IMG/VR virus record: IMGVR_UViG_3300043173_000778 | Location: 1-58,698 of that record | Length of the DNA: 58,698 bases | Source: a virus | Lineage: Duplodnaviria; Caudoviricetes | Direction: 5' to 3' (one strand) | Part shown: positions 17,601 to 26,896 of the stretch, piece by piece | Position numbering within the stretch: the first letter of the stretch is position 1 | Layout of the letters: every line of letters begins with the position of its first letter | Made by a program: the position numbers and the translations under genes | Notes under the pieces: generated by a model | What the model was told of the DNA's origin: nothing | Seen by the model: the letters and a program-made list of their open reading frames with translations, nothing else | Databases searched by the model: none

Positions 17601-18031
17601 TGACTGACCAAAAAAATAAATGGGCATTGGTCCGCGAATTAGAGAATAAGGATCATGAGATAGCCTTAAGGGCGGCTAAAAATCATTCGATAACAGTAAA
17701 AACAGAGCCAGCGCATGGTTGTCGTGAAGATGAAAACTTTTTATTGTTTATGGATAAGGAGAAAGCCTTAAAAATTCCCCGCAATGAAATTATACTTTTT
17801 GAATTAACTATTAATGCTTTTGATATGTGCCGTAGGATGCGGGATGTTCTTGATGAATATATGCGTTACCCGGATGCGTTAGACGCGCAAATGGCTATAC
17901 TTACAAGGCAAACAATAGCGTCTGTAGAAAAAATTTCACTTAGCAATGATGAAGTGATGAAAAGGGCGATAAAGAGTGTAAATTCAATGCTTCCTGGCTG
18001 GCAACTCTCCCACGATCCCCGAAGCGCTTAA
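17600..18031 (+). CDS. hypothetical protein
   Basis: TAATG coupling. Confidence 0.6.
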   Translation: MTDQKNKWALVRELENKDHEIALRAAKNHSITVKTEPAHGCREDENFLLFMDKEKALKIPRNEIILFELTINAFDMCRRMRDVLDEYMRYPDALDAQMAILTRQTIASVEKISLSNDEVMKRAIKSVNSMLPGWQLSHDPRSA

Positions 18032-18127
18032 ACCGACAGAAAAAGAGTCGTTGAAGGGGCGCCAGGCAAAAATACTTGGCAGGACGATGCTTTTTGTTGA
18101 GTTGAGCCTGTTTTTAGGTTAATATTA

Positions 18128-18165
18128 GGCGGCGTTGTTTTTATCCACACATGTTCAACGCCGCC
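18128..18165. terminator. GC-rich hairpin between convergent transcription units
   Basis: GGCGGCGTTG / CAACGCCGCC. Confidence 0.55.
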
Positions 18166-18172
18166 AAATCTG

Positions 18173-18646
18173 CTAAAGAAACCCCACCACGCCTCCCTTA
18201 GAATCCCCTTTTAAACCGACAGACTTTGAGTCGTTGCGGTCTATTGGAAAAGATAGGTCTGCGCCGCATACCAACTCCTCTTTTAACAATGTTATCAAAA
18301 TCTCAGTTTTGCCGTGGACCGCATGTTTTGAGAAATGCTTTATATGGTTGTCGTAGCTATGCAAAAAACCATTCTCGGTTTTAGTCATAAGCAAACCCGA
18401 AGACGGAAGACCCTGACAAGCAATTTGGTGGGGCAATAAAACTCCAATTTCATCTCCAGTAAAGGCGGGCCAAAAATAGTGCTTGGGGTCAGCATCCGCT
18501 CTCAAAATAACATTCCATCCAACTCCGACTTTATGTCGCCATACCCAAAGACTTCGCTGTGGATTTTTAGTATTTTTTAAAAGTCTGTCCAGCTCCCTGC
18601 CTTGTTTCATGGAGCAAACCTGTTTTTCAATTGGATAATTTTCCAT
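18173..18646 (-). CDS. hypothetical protein, paralog of 57332..57793
   Basis: shared IEKQVC...QG...W...AF/YxxxE...LLP...H.K..LLI.L. Confidence 0.7.
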   Translation of the reverse strand: MENYPIEKQVCSMKQGRELDRLLKNTKNPQRSLWVWRHKVGVGWNVILRADADPKHYFWPAFTGDEIGVLLPHQIACQGLPSSGLLMTKTENGFLHSYDNHIKHFSKHAVHGKTEILITLLKEELVCGADLSFPIDRNDSKSVGLKGDSKGGVVGFL

Positions 18647-18692
18647 AATCTCCTTGTAAGCCGACAGAGAATGACTCTATCGGCATGGTTAA

Positions 18693-18971
18693 TTATAGGA
18701 CGTTGGACTTACAGGCCCCGCTGGTTAGCTCAGGCTTCAACCCGCGCTGGCAAGCAAGTCCAAGCAAATCTCTGAACCTTTGCGTCCGCATAGCGGAAAC
18801 GGATTTAAATCTAGCTGATTTCAACATATAACAAAGTTTACGGTTTGACGGGTTTGAGATGCAACCGCGATTCCAAATGGGGATGTCAAAGATGCTTTTG
18901 GTAACACCTTTTTTCTTTGGGATTTTTGTAGTTTTAGTTTTGGGCATTTTTGTTTCCATTTCTTTATCCAT
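18693..18971 (-). CDS. hypothetical basic protein (start uncertain)
   Basis: 3' part of ORF 18693..19118 not overlapped by the neighbour. Confidence 0.4.
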   Translation of the reverse strand: MDKEMETKMPKTKTTKIPKKKGVTKSIFDIPIWNRGCISNPSNRKLCYMLKSARFKSVSAMRTQRFRDLLGLACQRGLKPELTSGACKSNVL

Positions 18972-18991
18972 GCAATTAAGTGTGTCGTTGG

Positions 18992-19327
18992 TTAAAATGA
19001 TCCACCATAACCGCGTCGCCTTTCGTTTTGCATGCGCCGTGTCTGGACAAGAGAAAACTCTGACAATTCTTCTATTTTGCAAATAGCCGTCTGAACCTTG
19101 GCCTTCTTTTCTTCCCACATAAAAATGAGATCAAAGTTATCAAAAAATCTTTCATCCTGACGGAAGCCGTCGCCGTATTTAATCTTCCCTAGGCGGTAAG
19201 TCGTCGCTATAGATTTACTCAGCATATCTTTTTCTTCGCCAAGCCTTAAAAGCCTTATTTGTTTTTTATCCAAATACTTATAGCTTGGCTTGTTAGCTCT
19301 GGCCTGGATGGCGTCAAATTTATTCAT
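18992..19327 (-). CDS. hypothetical protein
   Basis: ORF preceded by motif copy. Confidence 0.65.
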   Translation of the reverse strand: MNKFDAIQARANKPSYKYLDKKQIRLLRLGEEKDMLSKSIATTYRLGKIKYGDGFRQDERFFDNFDLIFMWEEKKAKVQTAICKIEELSEFSLVQTRRMQNERRRGYGGSF

Positions 19328-19410
19328 GATTTTTACTCTGGTGAATTAAAACCGACAGAGATTTGCTCGTTGACGAAAGCTCGTCGAGTTTTTGAAATTA
19401 TTTTCATTTA

Positions 19411-19872
19411 TTATTTTGATATTAATCTATAACTGCTTGGATTTATAAACATGCGCCTACAATTCTGCAGTATTTGATCCGCTTCCGCCTCCGTTATGCG
19501 TTTTGGCAAAACGGTGTTGTCATGCCAAACGCTTTCAGTCCTATGCTGCAGCGTGAACCGCGTTAAATGAAATTTTTTATCAACATTGGCGGCGGGAACT
19601 TTATTGTATGAGTCACAGCGAGTATCCCCGAACTGAATAGCGTAATTTTGGGACTCAGGGTAACATTTGCATATTTTAGCGGCCTTGCCGCATTCAGACG
19701 TCACTGCGTCGCCTTCTTTAAATCTCATTACGCCATCGGGAACGGCGGCTAAATCAACGCCGAGCAATTGAAAGCTGGTCATTTTTTGAACATTGCGTAG
19801 CGCTGTTTCTCCGTCTTCGGCTTCCAGCTCAGTTAAAAACTGCGTATCTGTGTATATTTTAAAAATCATCAC
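19411..19872 (-). CDS. hypothetical protein
   Basis: AAGGA RBS. Confidence 0.65.
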   Translation of the reverse strand: MMIFKIYTDTQFLTELEAEDGETALRNVQKMTSFQLLGVDLAAVPDGVMRFKEGDAVTSECGKAAKICKCYPESQNYAIQFGDTRCDSYNKVPAANVDKKFHLTRFTLQHRTESVWHDNTVLPKRITEAEADQILQNCRRMFINPSSYRLISK

Positions 19873-19900
19873 ATCCTTTGGCGACCAGTTAACTGGTAGA

Positions 19901-20290
19901 TTATAAGCCTATCGGCTTAGTTTTATTCAAATAAAATTCAAGATAACCTTTCTTGATAACGTCCGGGTAGATTCTAGTTTTAAAAACAATCACTTTTTCC
20001 AGATTGAAAAATTTAATTACCGACTTTAAGCTTATTTGTCCCATACGGGCATAGCCTGTTGCGCCAATAGGTACAATTTTTAAACCGGAACCTTTTCCTG
20101 AACCCATCTTTTTAACGCACATTTTATCGGCGTCTTTGTCATACCCAATGATAACTCTATCCGCTTTAGTAAGTTGAGTTCTCCTTAACAATTCGATACT
20201 AAAATTAAGCCTTTCGCTAAGTAAAAAACGGACAAAAGGCAAAGAATTTATTAATTCATGCTGAGGTTTTTTGTAAAATTTAAAGTTCAC
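19901..20290 (-). CDS. hypothetical protein
   Basis: GTG start, AAGGAG RBS, preceded by motif copy. Confidence 0.65.
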   Translation of the reverse strand: MNFKFYKKPQHELINSLPFVRFLLSERLNFSIELLRRTQLTKADRVIIGYDKDADKMCVKKMGSGKGSGLKIVPIGATGYARMGQISLKSVIKFFNLEKVIVFKTRIYPDVIKKGYLEFYLNKTKPIGL

Positions 20291-20579
20291 AGTGTTGCTC
20301 CTTATGAGTTGGTTTAGAGCCGACAGAATTTAAGCCGTTGGGCAAATGTTTGTCCGCTATTATTTCCAAGCGTATTTTTTCTAGTATTTTTTTTACTTTG
20401 CGGCGCGGAAGCTCATCAATCAATTTTTCAATGATAAGGTAAAGTCGCGCCGGATATTTGTCCGCGTTTTTTCTTTGCATATCATAGAGAGGAGTAAGGC
20501 CCATGCCGAAAAACTCAGCAAAGTCAGTCATATTTTTGCAGCCAAATAGTTTTTTTAGACTTTTAATCGTTTGTTTCAT
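20280..20579 (-). CDS. HTH protein, paralog of 23057..23320
   Basis: TIKSLKKLFGCKNMTDFAEFFGMGLTPLYDM; AAGGAGG RBS. Confidence 0.6.
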   Translation of the reverse strand: MKQTIKSLKKLFGCKNMTDFAEFFGMGLTPLYDMQRKNADKYPARLYLIIEKLIDELPRRKVKKILEKIRLEIIADKHLPNGLNSVGSKPTHKEQHCEL

Positions 20580-20814
20580 TGCCTCCTTGCAAGCTCGATT
20601 TTCTTATCCAAAATCCAAACAATTTAGTCTCCTCTTTGTTGTCTGAATCAGTCTGGATAATATTGTCTATTGAATATACCGTTCCAATGCCGATAAAATA
20701 AAAATTTTCACTGTAAAATGCGTTGTTGCGGTATAAATTTTCAGAGCAAGCGTCGTAATATTTAATTGAGCCGTCTAAAAATTTAGCGGTCTTTCTTATC
20801 TCGATTCCAAACAT
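20563..20814 (-). CDS. hypothetical protein
   Basis: AGGAG RBS. Confidence 0.6.
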   Translation of the reverse strand: MFGIEIRKTAKFLDGSIKYYDACSENLYRNNAFYSENFYFIGIGTVYSIDNIIQTDSDNKEETKLFGFWIRKSSLQGGNETND

Positions 20815-20826
20815 TTTAGTCTCCTG

Positions 20827-21255
20827 TTAAGTACATTTAATTGCTTGTCGATAAACTAATTTTTCCTCAACATCATAGCTCAGTAATTCCACGGACCAGC
20901 CGTCGCGGGCGGCCATTTCTCGCGCTAAATTCAAAACTTTGTCATAGTCGAACGTTTCATTAAAACAAAATTTTTCATTCTTCGTTTTGATGATAAAACT
21001 GACCGCCTCCGGGCCTGAGATGATGTGTAAAATTCGGCTTACTGAGCCGTCGTCATTGTGTATTAATTCGCCAACCCGCAGAGCGCCGGCTTTAAAATCA
21101 AAACTGAATCCATAAGTCCTGTCTTTAGCGCGGTGACTGGATTTTGTGACTTTGACAATACAAGCCATGTTGGGTTGAAGCGGGCTGAGAGCAATGATTC
21201 CTTCAGCCGCGCCTATAGCGTTATTCAGTTTGAAATAGTTAGTGATACTTATCAT
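20827..21255 (-). CDS. hypothetical protein
   Basis: AAGGA RBS. Confidence 0.65.
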   Translation of the reverse strand: MISITNYFKLNNAIGAAEGIIALSPLQPNMACIVKVTKSSHRAKDRTYGFSFDFKAGALRVGELIHNDDGSVSRILHIISGPEAVSFIIKTKNEKFCFNETFDYDKVLNLAREMAARDGWSVELLSYDVEEKLVYRQAIKCT

Positions 21256-21276
21256 TTTTCCTTTATTTTGGCTTAG

Positions 21277-21942
21277 TTACTCAGACAGTAAATCGGACAT
21301 AGGACATAAATAAAAATGTTCTTTTAGGCTATCGGCTTGTTTGCTAGTCAGCATTACAGAACCGGAAATCCAGTCAGGGTCAGCGTAAAACATGTTCCGC
21401 CAATTATGATTTTTATCGGAAATAAATTTTACTTGCTCGTATGTCATACGGTCGTCATCATACTCTAAATATTTATCAATAGAGCAATTCTTGTTGGGAA
21501 TAAACTCAGAAATATAAGCTCTGTAATTTTCCTGAGTTTCTCGCGGAGTCGGATCTATGTCCCAGAGTCCGGCGGAAATAATATAAAGCTGTTTGCTTTC
21601 GTTAAAAAATACCTCCTCACTGTTTGCGTTCTCATTCCATACAATTTTGCAATCGCAAGCTTTTTCTATTTTTTCAATTGTTTTTACGTGATCAAGCTCT
21701 TCTTCGTCCTCATCCTCAAAAACAGCCAACCCATGCTCTTGAGCAAAATTATCACAGTCATCATCGTTCAACCAGGCGCGCGCGCCTTTTTTGTCGCAGT
21801 CGTCGCTGTAACCGGCGCCACGATACTCTCCCGCAATAGAATCAAAAAAAACACCTTCGTAGGCGCCTGAGTCAAATTCCTCTTTAGTCGCGGGGATTGT
21901 CCAGCTACAGGTATTTTTCAGTTCAGGTTTTAAATTTCCCAC
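21277..21942 (-). CDS. acidic hypothetical protein
   Basis: GTG start, AAGGAG RBS; Asp/Glu-rich. Confidence 0.7.
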   Translation of the reverse strand: MGNLKPELKNTCSWTIPATKEEFDSGAYEGVFFDSIAGEYRGAGYSDDCDKKGARAWLNDDDCDNFAQEHGLAVFEDEDEEELDHVKTIEKIEKACDCKIVWNENANSEEVFFNESKQLYIISAGLWDIDPTPRETQENYRAYISEFIPNKNCSIDKYLEYDDDRMTYEQVKFISDKNHNWRNMFYADPDWISGSVMLTSKQADSLKEHFYLCPMSDLLSE

Positions 21943-22005
21943 TTTTTCTCCTTAAGTTTTGATTTTAGAACCGACAGAATTTTGGTCGTTCGGGTTAATC
22001 CTCTT

Positions 22006-22440
22006 TTAGTCGCCAGTTTCTCCAAATTCAGCGATATAACTATCGTTGACAACAAAACTAGCCACAATATTTAGGCCGTCGCCGCAATCCCGACAATACT
22101 GGAAAGCCCACTTTTTATAGTGTTTGTGTCCGAAGGAGTGTTCGCAGCCCTGACACGCTTTTTTATCTTTTTGATGAGATTTAAGATTATCCCGCGACCA
22201 AATTGCCTCCCAATTATGGCGGTATCTATCCACATTGATGATAAAATAACGTTTCCCAGGAGTGACGCCAAGATCCTCCAGTTTTTGTTGTCGGCCGCTT
22301 CCGATTTCAACAACACAATCGTCTTGATCTAATTCGATAGCTCGGCCATCAATTCTTGCGGACGCCATAACCAGCGCCGGACTGTTTTTAAAAAATACCG
22401 GGCTGTTAATATGTTTGATTTCAATAAGTTTTCTTTTCAT
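22006..22440 (-). CDS. hypothetical protein with CxxC pairs
   Basis: CQGC...CRDC. Confidence 0.6.
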   Translation of the reverse strand: MKRKLIEIKHINSPVFFKNSPALVMASARIDGRAIELDQDDCVVEIGSGRQQKLEDLGVTPGKRYFIINVDRYRHNWEAIWSRDNLKSHQKDKKACQGCEHSFGHKHYKKWAFQYCRDCGDGLNIVASFVVNDSYIAEFGETGD

Positions 22441-22491
22441 TTTGCCTTTATTTTTTTGAGTTTAATTTAGAACCGACGCAAATTGGTTCGT

Positions 22492-22983
22492 TCAGCCAAG
22501 TTGCTCTGATTTGGACTCTTGCTTGACCTGCTTGGATCCGTGTTTTTCTCTGATTTTACTCATATCCCACGTTCGCCGGTTGCGGCTTTTGTATTTTTCG
22601 GGCCTATAAAACCAGGATTTCTTTTTCCGGGCAAACCTGAATCCCGCCTTTTTAATCGTGTTTTTTACAGCAAAAGTATTTCCGGACAGCCACACCCATG
22701 CTCCGCAGATCTCAATATCTATATTCAAGCCCATAACACTATTCAAAGCCGCATTGATTTTTTCTCCGTAATTGGTGTCCGACTCCTCCGGCTTTAAGTC
22801 GTCCGTTTGTGCATAATTTTTTAATCCTTCGTATGCCTCATTGATCATTTTGATCATTTCTAGGCCCGCAGGATTGCGATCGGGATGAAATTTAAAGCAG
22901 GCCTTCCGCCAGGCGGCTTTGATTTTCTCAAAAGTGGTGTCAGGGCCAAGCCCTAAAATATTTAAAGCGTCTTGTGTTATCAT
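22492..22983 (-). CDS. J-domain (DnaJ-like) protein
   Basis: ALNILGL...IKAAWRK...HPDRNP...MINEAY; C-terminal IEICGAWVWLSG.T...K.AGFRF domain. Confidence 0.9.
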   Translation of the reverse strand: MITQDALNILGLGPDTTFEKIKAAWRKACFKFHPDRNPAGLEMIKMINEAYEGLKNYAQTDDLKPEESDTNYGEKINAALNSVMGLNIDIEICGAWVWLSGNTFAVKNTIKKAGFRFARKKKSWFYRPEKYKSRNRRTWDMSKIREKHGSKQVKQESKSEQLG

Positions 22984-23056
22984 GATTTTTTTTGGGAAAA
23001 GTTTAGTTACAATGAAAACCGACAGAAAAAGAGTCGTTGAGGCTAACCGAGCAGGG

Positions 23057-23320
23057 TCACAACCCTAATGTCTCTTTCATCCCCTCGGCCCAATTATCAA
23101 AAAGGCCCTGGCGTAATTTTTTACGATCTTCTGGACTCACATATTGCAGAGTAGTAGCAGCCAAATTTAAAGCAAATACCACCGATTTAGAGCCGTTCCC
23201 TGATTTTATATTGTTTAATTGTGTCAATGAAATACCCATCATATCAGATAGTTGTCCATTGGTTTTAATCCCTAACGCTTTTTTAATACTGGCTATTGTT
23301 TTTTTCATGCGGCTAGCCAT
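23057..23320 (-). CDS. XRE-like HTH protein
   Basis: IKKALGIKTNGQLSDMMGISLTQLNNIKSG. Confidence 0.7.
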   Translation of the reverse strand: MASRMKKTIASIKKALGIKTNGQLSDMMGISLTQLNNIKSGNGSKSVVFALNLAATTLQYVSPEDRKKLRQGLFDNWAEGMKETLGL

Positions 23321-23667
23321 TTCACGCCGTCAAACTCCGCAAAACTATTGCCGCCCCAGGAAACCGTTTCGCCGTCCACAGCGTCCTTGATGGGAAGGGC
23401 GGCCAGAACTTCATCATCATTTTGACCATGAGCTTCCCATAATTTATAGGCAAGATTTTCTAGCATCGCGTCACCAATTTCAGTAACGTCCCTAGATATT
23501 TTTCTGTAAGTATTTATACTCATAAAGCTTTCGCCGGTTACCTGCTCAATCGCAAGCAAGATTTTTTCAGAGCATTGTAATTTAATCGCAAATCGTTTAT
23601 ATTTTTGTTTTATGTAATCCGCTTCCCAATCCGCTTCAGAATCGTAGTCTGGAATATCATTACTCAT
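23305..23667 (-). CDS. acidic hypothetical protein, paralog of 25410..25718
   Basis: LQCSEKILLAIEQVT...AYKLWE...LAALP..DAVDGE...FAEFDG.KW. Confidence 0.75.
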   Translation of the reverse strand: MSNDIPDYDSEADWEADYIKQKYKRFAIKLQCSEKILLAIEQVTGESFMSINTYRKISRDVTEIGDAMLENLAYKLWEAHGQNDDEVLAALPIKDAVDGETVSWGGNSFAEFDGVKWLAA

Positions 23668-23752
23668 TTTTGTTCTCCTAAAAAATTGTTTGATTTTAAT
23701 TTAAAACCGACAGAGATTTGCCCGTTCCGCAGGAAGTTCAGTTCAATTATTT

Positions 23753-24007
23753 TCAGCTCCGTTTTTGTTCACTGAGAGCGTCTAAACACGCTTTATGGAT
23801 GATTTCAAATTCAATTGAAACAGTGTTAAACACGCGTTTAAACTCCGCATACATCTCAGCAATTTCCCAAACATATCTGGACATCAAAGACACGGAAACA
23901 TTGCATTTCTTGGCCATTCTCTTGATTATTTCGTCTCGCAGGCCGGCAATTTCCTTTGACGCTGTATGGCGGATGTCAAATTTAGTCAGGTATTCAGGGC
24001 TAGGCAT
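23753..24007 (-). CDS. hypothetical protein (HTH-like)
   Basis: RMAKKCNVSVSLMSRY. Confidence 0.55.
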   Translation of the reverse strand: MPSPEYLTKFDIRHTASKEIAGLRDEIIKRMAKKCNVSVSLMSRYVWEIAEMYAEFKRVFNTVSIEFEIIHKACLDALSEQKRS

Positions 24008-24266
24008 TTTTCTTTATTTTTTGCGATTGTTTCCTTAAATTGCGAAGTACTGATATTTCATCTATACAGATTTCTCGATCTTGAGGATTGAGATGACGCC
24101 ATGAATAAAATTGTGCTATTATATTTTTAGAGTTCATTATTTTATCTTTAATAAGTTGCCGTTCTGCTGAGATCGGCTCGGAGCAATCAAATCCAAAATA
24201 CATGTTGCTCTGCTTTTTGCATTTTCTGATATTGCGGCGGTGTTTCATCGCCTTTTCATAACTCAT
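24000..24266 (-). CDS. hypothetical protein
   Basis: GGAG RBS. Confidence 0.6.
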   Translation of the reverse strand: MSYEKAMKHRRNIRKCKKQSNMYFGFDCSEPISAERQLIKDKIMNSKNIIAQFYSWRHLNPQDREICIDEISVLRNLRKQSQKIKKNA

Positions 24267-24278
24267 TTCGTTCTCCGT

Positions 24279-24566
24279 TTAGTCCAACAATTCTATATAG
24301 CATGTATCATGCTGTTTTTGTAGTTTTTTAAACGCTAATTCAGTCACAAAATAACTCTTTTTTCCATTTGCGCTGTGCCTTCCGTCGCTTGCCCGCGTTA
24401 TCCCGCGCCCACTTAGCTGTAAATCAGTGGTTATATAGAGTTTTCCGCCACGGGAAACTTTATAAATTATTGTGGCGTCCGGGATTTTATCACCCATTTC
24501 AGGACAAACCAGAGTGTCTCGGATTATTTTTTTTGTTTCAAAATTTACTTTAGTTACGTTTGCCAT
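24279..24566 (-). CDS. hypothetical protein
   Basis: ORF in leftward array. Confidence 0.6.
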   Translation of the reverse strand: MANVTKVNFETKKIIRDTLVCPEMGDKIPDATIIYKVSRGGKLYITTDLQLSGRGITRASDGRHSANGKKSYFVTELAFKKLQKQHDTCYIELLD

Positions 24567-24852
24567 AGCTTTTTATTTAGTCGTTGAGTTCAGATAATAT
24601 ATAGCTGTCGGGATTCGATAGCATTGATAAGAGCAAATTAAATATTTTTTGCGCAGACGCTTTTGGCATGTCAGGTTTAAATTGCATCACAGTAAACCAT
24701 TCGCCATTTATCCGTTTTTCTATACTGAGCCGTTCCATTTTTTAACTTTTTCTCCTTTCGATTTTTACTTAACAGGAAGACCTTTTGAGCCGTATTACCC
24801 TCCCCGAATAAATTCGGATCAACGGAACCTATTAATAATTCCTGAGTGGATT

Positions 24853-25176
24853 TTAATACATTTTGCCGCGTATGCCGACAATTGCTAAATTGTAATTTGC
24901 CAGCTCTTTAATTTCACTTTCAGTCAGATCCGCTATGCCATAAATTTTTAAAAACATTTCAACGCTTTGTCCGTTATATCCGACAGGAGCGAGACGCGCT
25001 TTTAGGTTAGTGTAGGAATACCTAAAAATACTTTGCGGTATTTGTTGTAAATAATCAGCCTTTATTTGAGATTTTAATCTTGATATGGGGATAGCGAGTA
25101 GCTCCATCTGTGCGTTCACTATTGAATTTAGGCCGCCATATTGAAAAGATTTAACTTTGACAGTTATAGTTTCCAT
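24853..25176 (-). CDS. hypothetical protein
   Basis: AAGGA RBS. Confidence 0.6.
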   Translation of the reverse strand: METITVKVKSFQYGGLNSIVNAQMELLAIPISRLKSQIKADYLQQIPQSIFRYSYTNLKARLAPVGYNGQSVEMFLKIYGIADLTESEIKELANYNLAIVGIRGKMY

Positions 25177-25409
25177 TTCGTTTTCCTTTTGTGTTTGCTC
25201 AACTCATTGCATTATCTAAATCGTTCTGAAGAGATTCTAATTCTCCCTCTAAAATATCCGCTTCATACTCGGTTAAATTTTTGAAGAAAATTAGCTGACT
25301 CTTTATATCAGCGATTCGGTTCTCTATTTCATGTATTAAATCAAAATCCACTTTGTTCTCCTTTAGGTTTGATTTTAGAACCGACAGAGATTTGCCCGTT
25401 CCGCTTTAG

Positions 25410-25718
25410 TTAAATGCTCGGGGCTGTCCACTTTTCGCCATCAAACTCAGCAAAAATTGAATCCCAGAAAACTTCTTCGCCGTCCACAGCGTCCTCAGTG
25501 GGAAGGGCCGCCAGGATTTCATCTTCTCGCCCACCTTCTTCCCAAAGTTTGTAGGCGGCGTTTTTGATAAATTCGTCTTGGTCTGGGACACTGCTGTCTG
25601 GTCCGATTTTGACTTTTTCAAAGCTTTCGCTGGTTACCTGCTCAATCGCAGACAGGATTTCTTCCGAGCATTGCAGGCTATTGGCGGATTGTTCGTGTTT
25701 TTGTTTTACAAAGTACAT
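25410..25718 (-). CDS. acidic hypothetical protein, paralog of 23305..23667
   Basis: sequence similarity and identical upstream leader. Confidence 0.75.
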   Translation of the reverse strand: MYFVKQKHEQSANSLQCSEEILSAIEQVTSESFEKVKIGPDSSVPDQDEFIKNAAYKLWEEGGREDEILAALPTEDAVDGEEVFWDSIFAEFDGEKWTAPSI

Positions 25719-25745
25719 TTTGTTCTCCTAAAAAATTGTTTGATT

Positions 25746-26021
25746 TTAATTTAATTTAATATAAAATTTATCTATCCGAGGAGTTTTGCAGGTAAATCCA
25801 GAAAAATAAGTCATCGAGCATGCCTGTTGCATTATGTATTCTGGTCCAAATTCTGGAGAATTCTGAATTGCAATGATTCGCTGCAGGCATCCGTCGTCAG
25901 GATTTTTAGGCCCGATCAAGTCTCCAATTTTAAAATTCATTTTCCTTTCGGGATTTTGGGGAATTACGAAACTAACAGCCGCCAGCTCCTCCGGTGTGGA
26001 TTTTGAAATTATTGTTTCCAT
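25746..26021 (-). CDS. hypothetical protein
   Basis: first ORF of leftward array. Confidence 0.55.
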   Translation of the reverse strand: METIISKSTPEELAAVSFVIPQNPERKMNFKIGDLIGPKNPDDGCLQRIIAIQNSPEFGPEYIMQQACSMTYFSGFTCKTPRIDKFYIKLN

Positions 26022-26078
26022 CAGGTCTCTCGTTTAAATGTTTTAGATAATTGTGATTCGTTAATTCTTAATATCCGC

Positions 26079-26125
26079 TTTACGTATATTTCTGTCAAGG
26101 AAAAAAGTACGTTTTACGTATATTT
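26079..26125. promoter_or_regulatory. 13-bp direct repeats (TTTACGTATATTT) in the divergent intergenic region; putative operators
   Basis: copies at 26079-26091 and 26113-26125 flank a minus-strand TTGACA (26098-26093); plus-strand TTGACT at 26157. Confidence 0.55.
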
Positions 26126-26319
26126 TTCTACTTATTACTGTACTGTGTTAAAAATATTGACTTTTTTAAGAAAAATAAAATAACATTAGGGAAAGTGGAA
26201 AAAATCATGATATTTGAATATAGGCATCAGCTGAATATTTATATTCAGGCTGTACACATATTATTCAAATACTGGGCTTGTTTTTGTTGTTTTTAAACTA
26301 TAAAATCAATGAGGTAGCT

Positions 26320-26706
26320 GTGACTGTGCCAGGCGTCGGAGGAAGGCCGTTAAAATTTGAATCAGCAGAGGAGCTACAAAGAAAAATTGATTCTTATTTT
26401 TTATGGTGCGATATTAAAGAAAAACCCTATACTGTCAGTGGCTTAGCTGTATTTTTGGATACCTCGCGCATGGTGTTGATTGACTACGAAAAAAATAAAG
26501 GGGACGCGTTTTCTGACACTATAAAAAGAGCGAAAGCAAAAATTGAGGCATTTGCTGAGGAGGCGCTGTTCTCTGCGCGCAATGTTGCCGGGGTAATTTT
26601 CAACCTAAAAAACAATCACAACTGGAAAGATAAATCCGAGGTTGCCCGAACGGACACAATTACTATGTCATTTGATCAAGACGACAAAAAGTTATTAAGC
26701 GAGTAA
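26320..26706 (+). CDS. terS: terminase small subunit
   Basis: GGRPLKFESAEELQRKIDSYF...PYTVSGLAVFL...F.LKNNHNWKDKSEV; GAGG RBS before GTG. Confidence 0.85.
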   Translation: MTVPGVGGRPLKFESAEELQRKIDSYFLWCDIKEKPYTVSGLAVFLDTSRMVLIDYEKNKGDAFSDTIKRAKAKIEAFAEEALFSARNVAGVIFNLKNNHNWKDKSEVARTDTITMSFDQDDKKLLSE

Positions 26707-26710
26707 AATC

Positions 26711-26896
26711 ATGGGGATAAAAGAAAAAGCTCTGCTCATGTACAATATCTACAGATCTCTGTATTATACTGAGCTGGCAGTTAAATCTCTCGAGGCAAAC
26801 GGCCTGCAGGATATTTCGTTGACGAAAAAAATGAAAACAGTCCAGAACACGCTCTACGACGAATTAAACGCTGCCGACCGTATAAAATTGGTATGA
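26711..26896 (+). CDS. hypothetical protein
   Basis: ORF. Confidence 0.5.
   Translation: MGIKEKALLMYNIYRSLYYTELAVKSLEANGLQDISLTKKMKTVQNTLYDELNAADRIKLV

Larger units (their letters stand above)
18031..25400 (-). repeat. 10 dispersed copies of a 22-bp motif, AACCGACAGA-N8-CGTT on +
   Basis: copies start at 18031, 18214, 18659 (variant), 19350, 20318, 21969, 22471, 23017, 23705, 25379; all in the same orientation. Confidence 0.9.

Noticed and set aside
18031-25400. Repeat family as a CRISPR array
   Set aside because: Copies are 180-1700 bp apart, separated by genes, degenerate in the middle, and no cas genes are present
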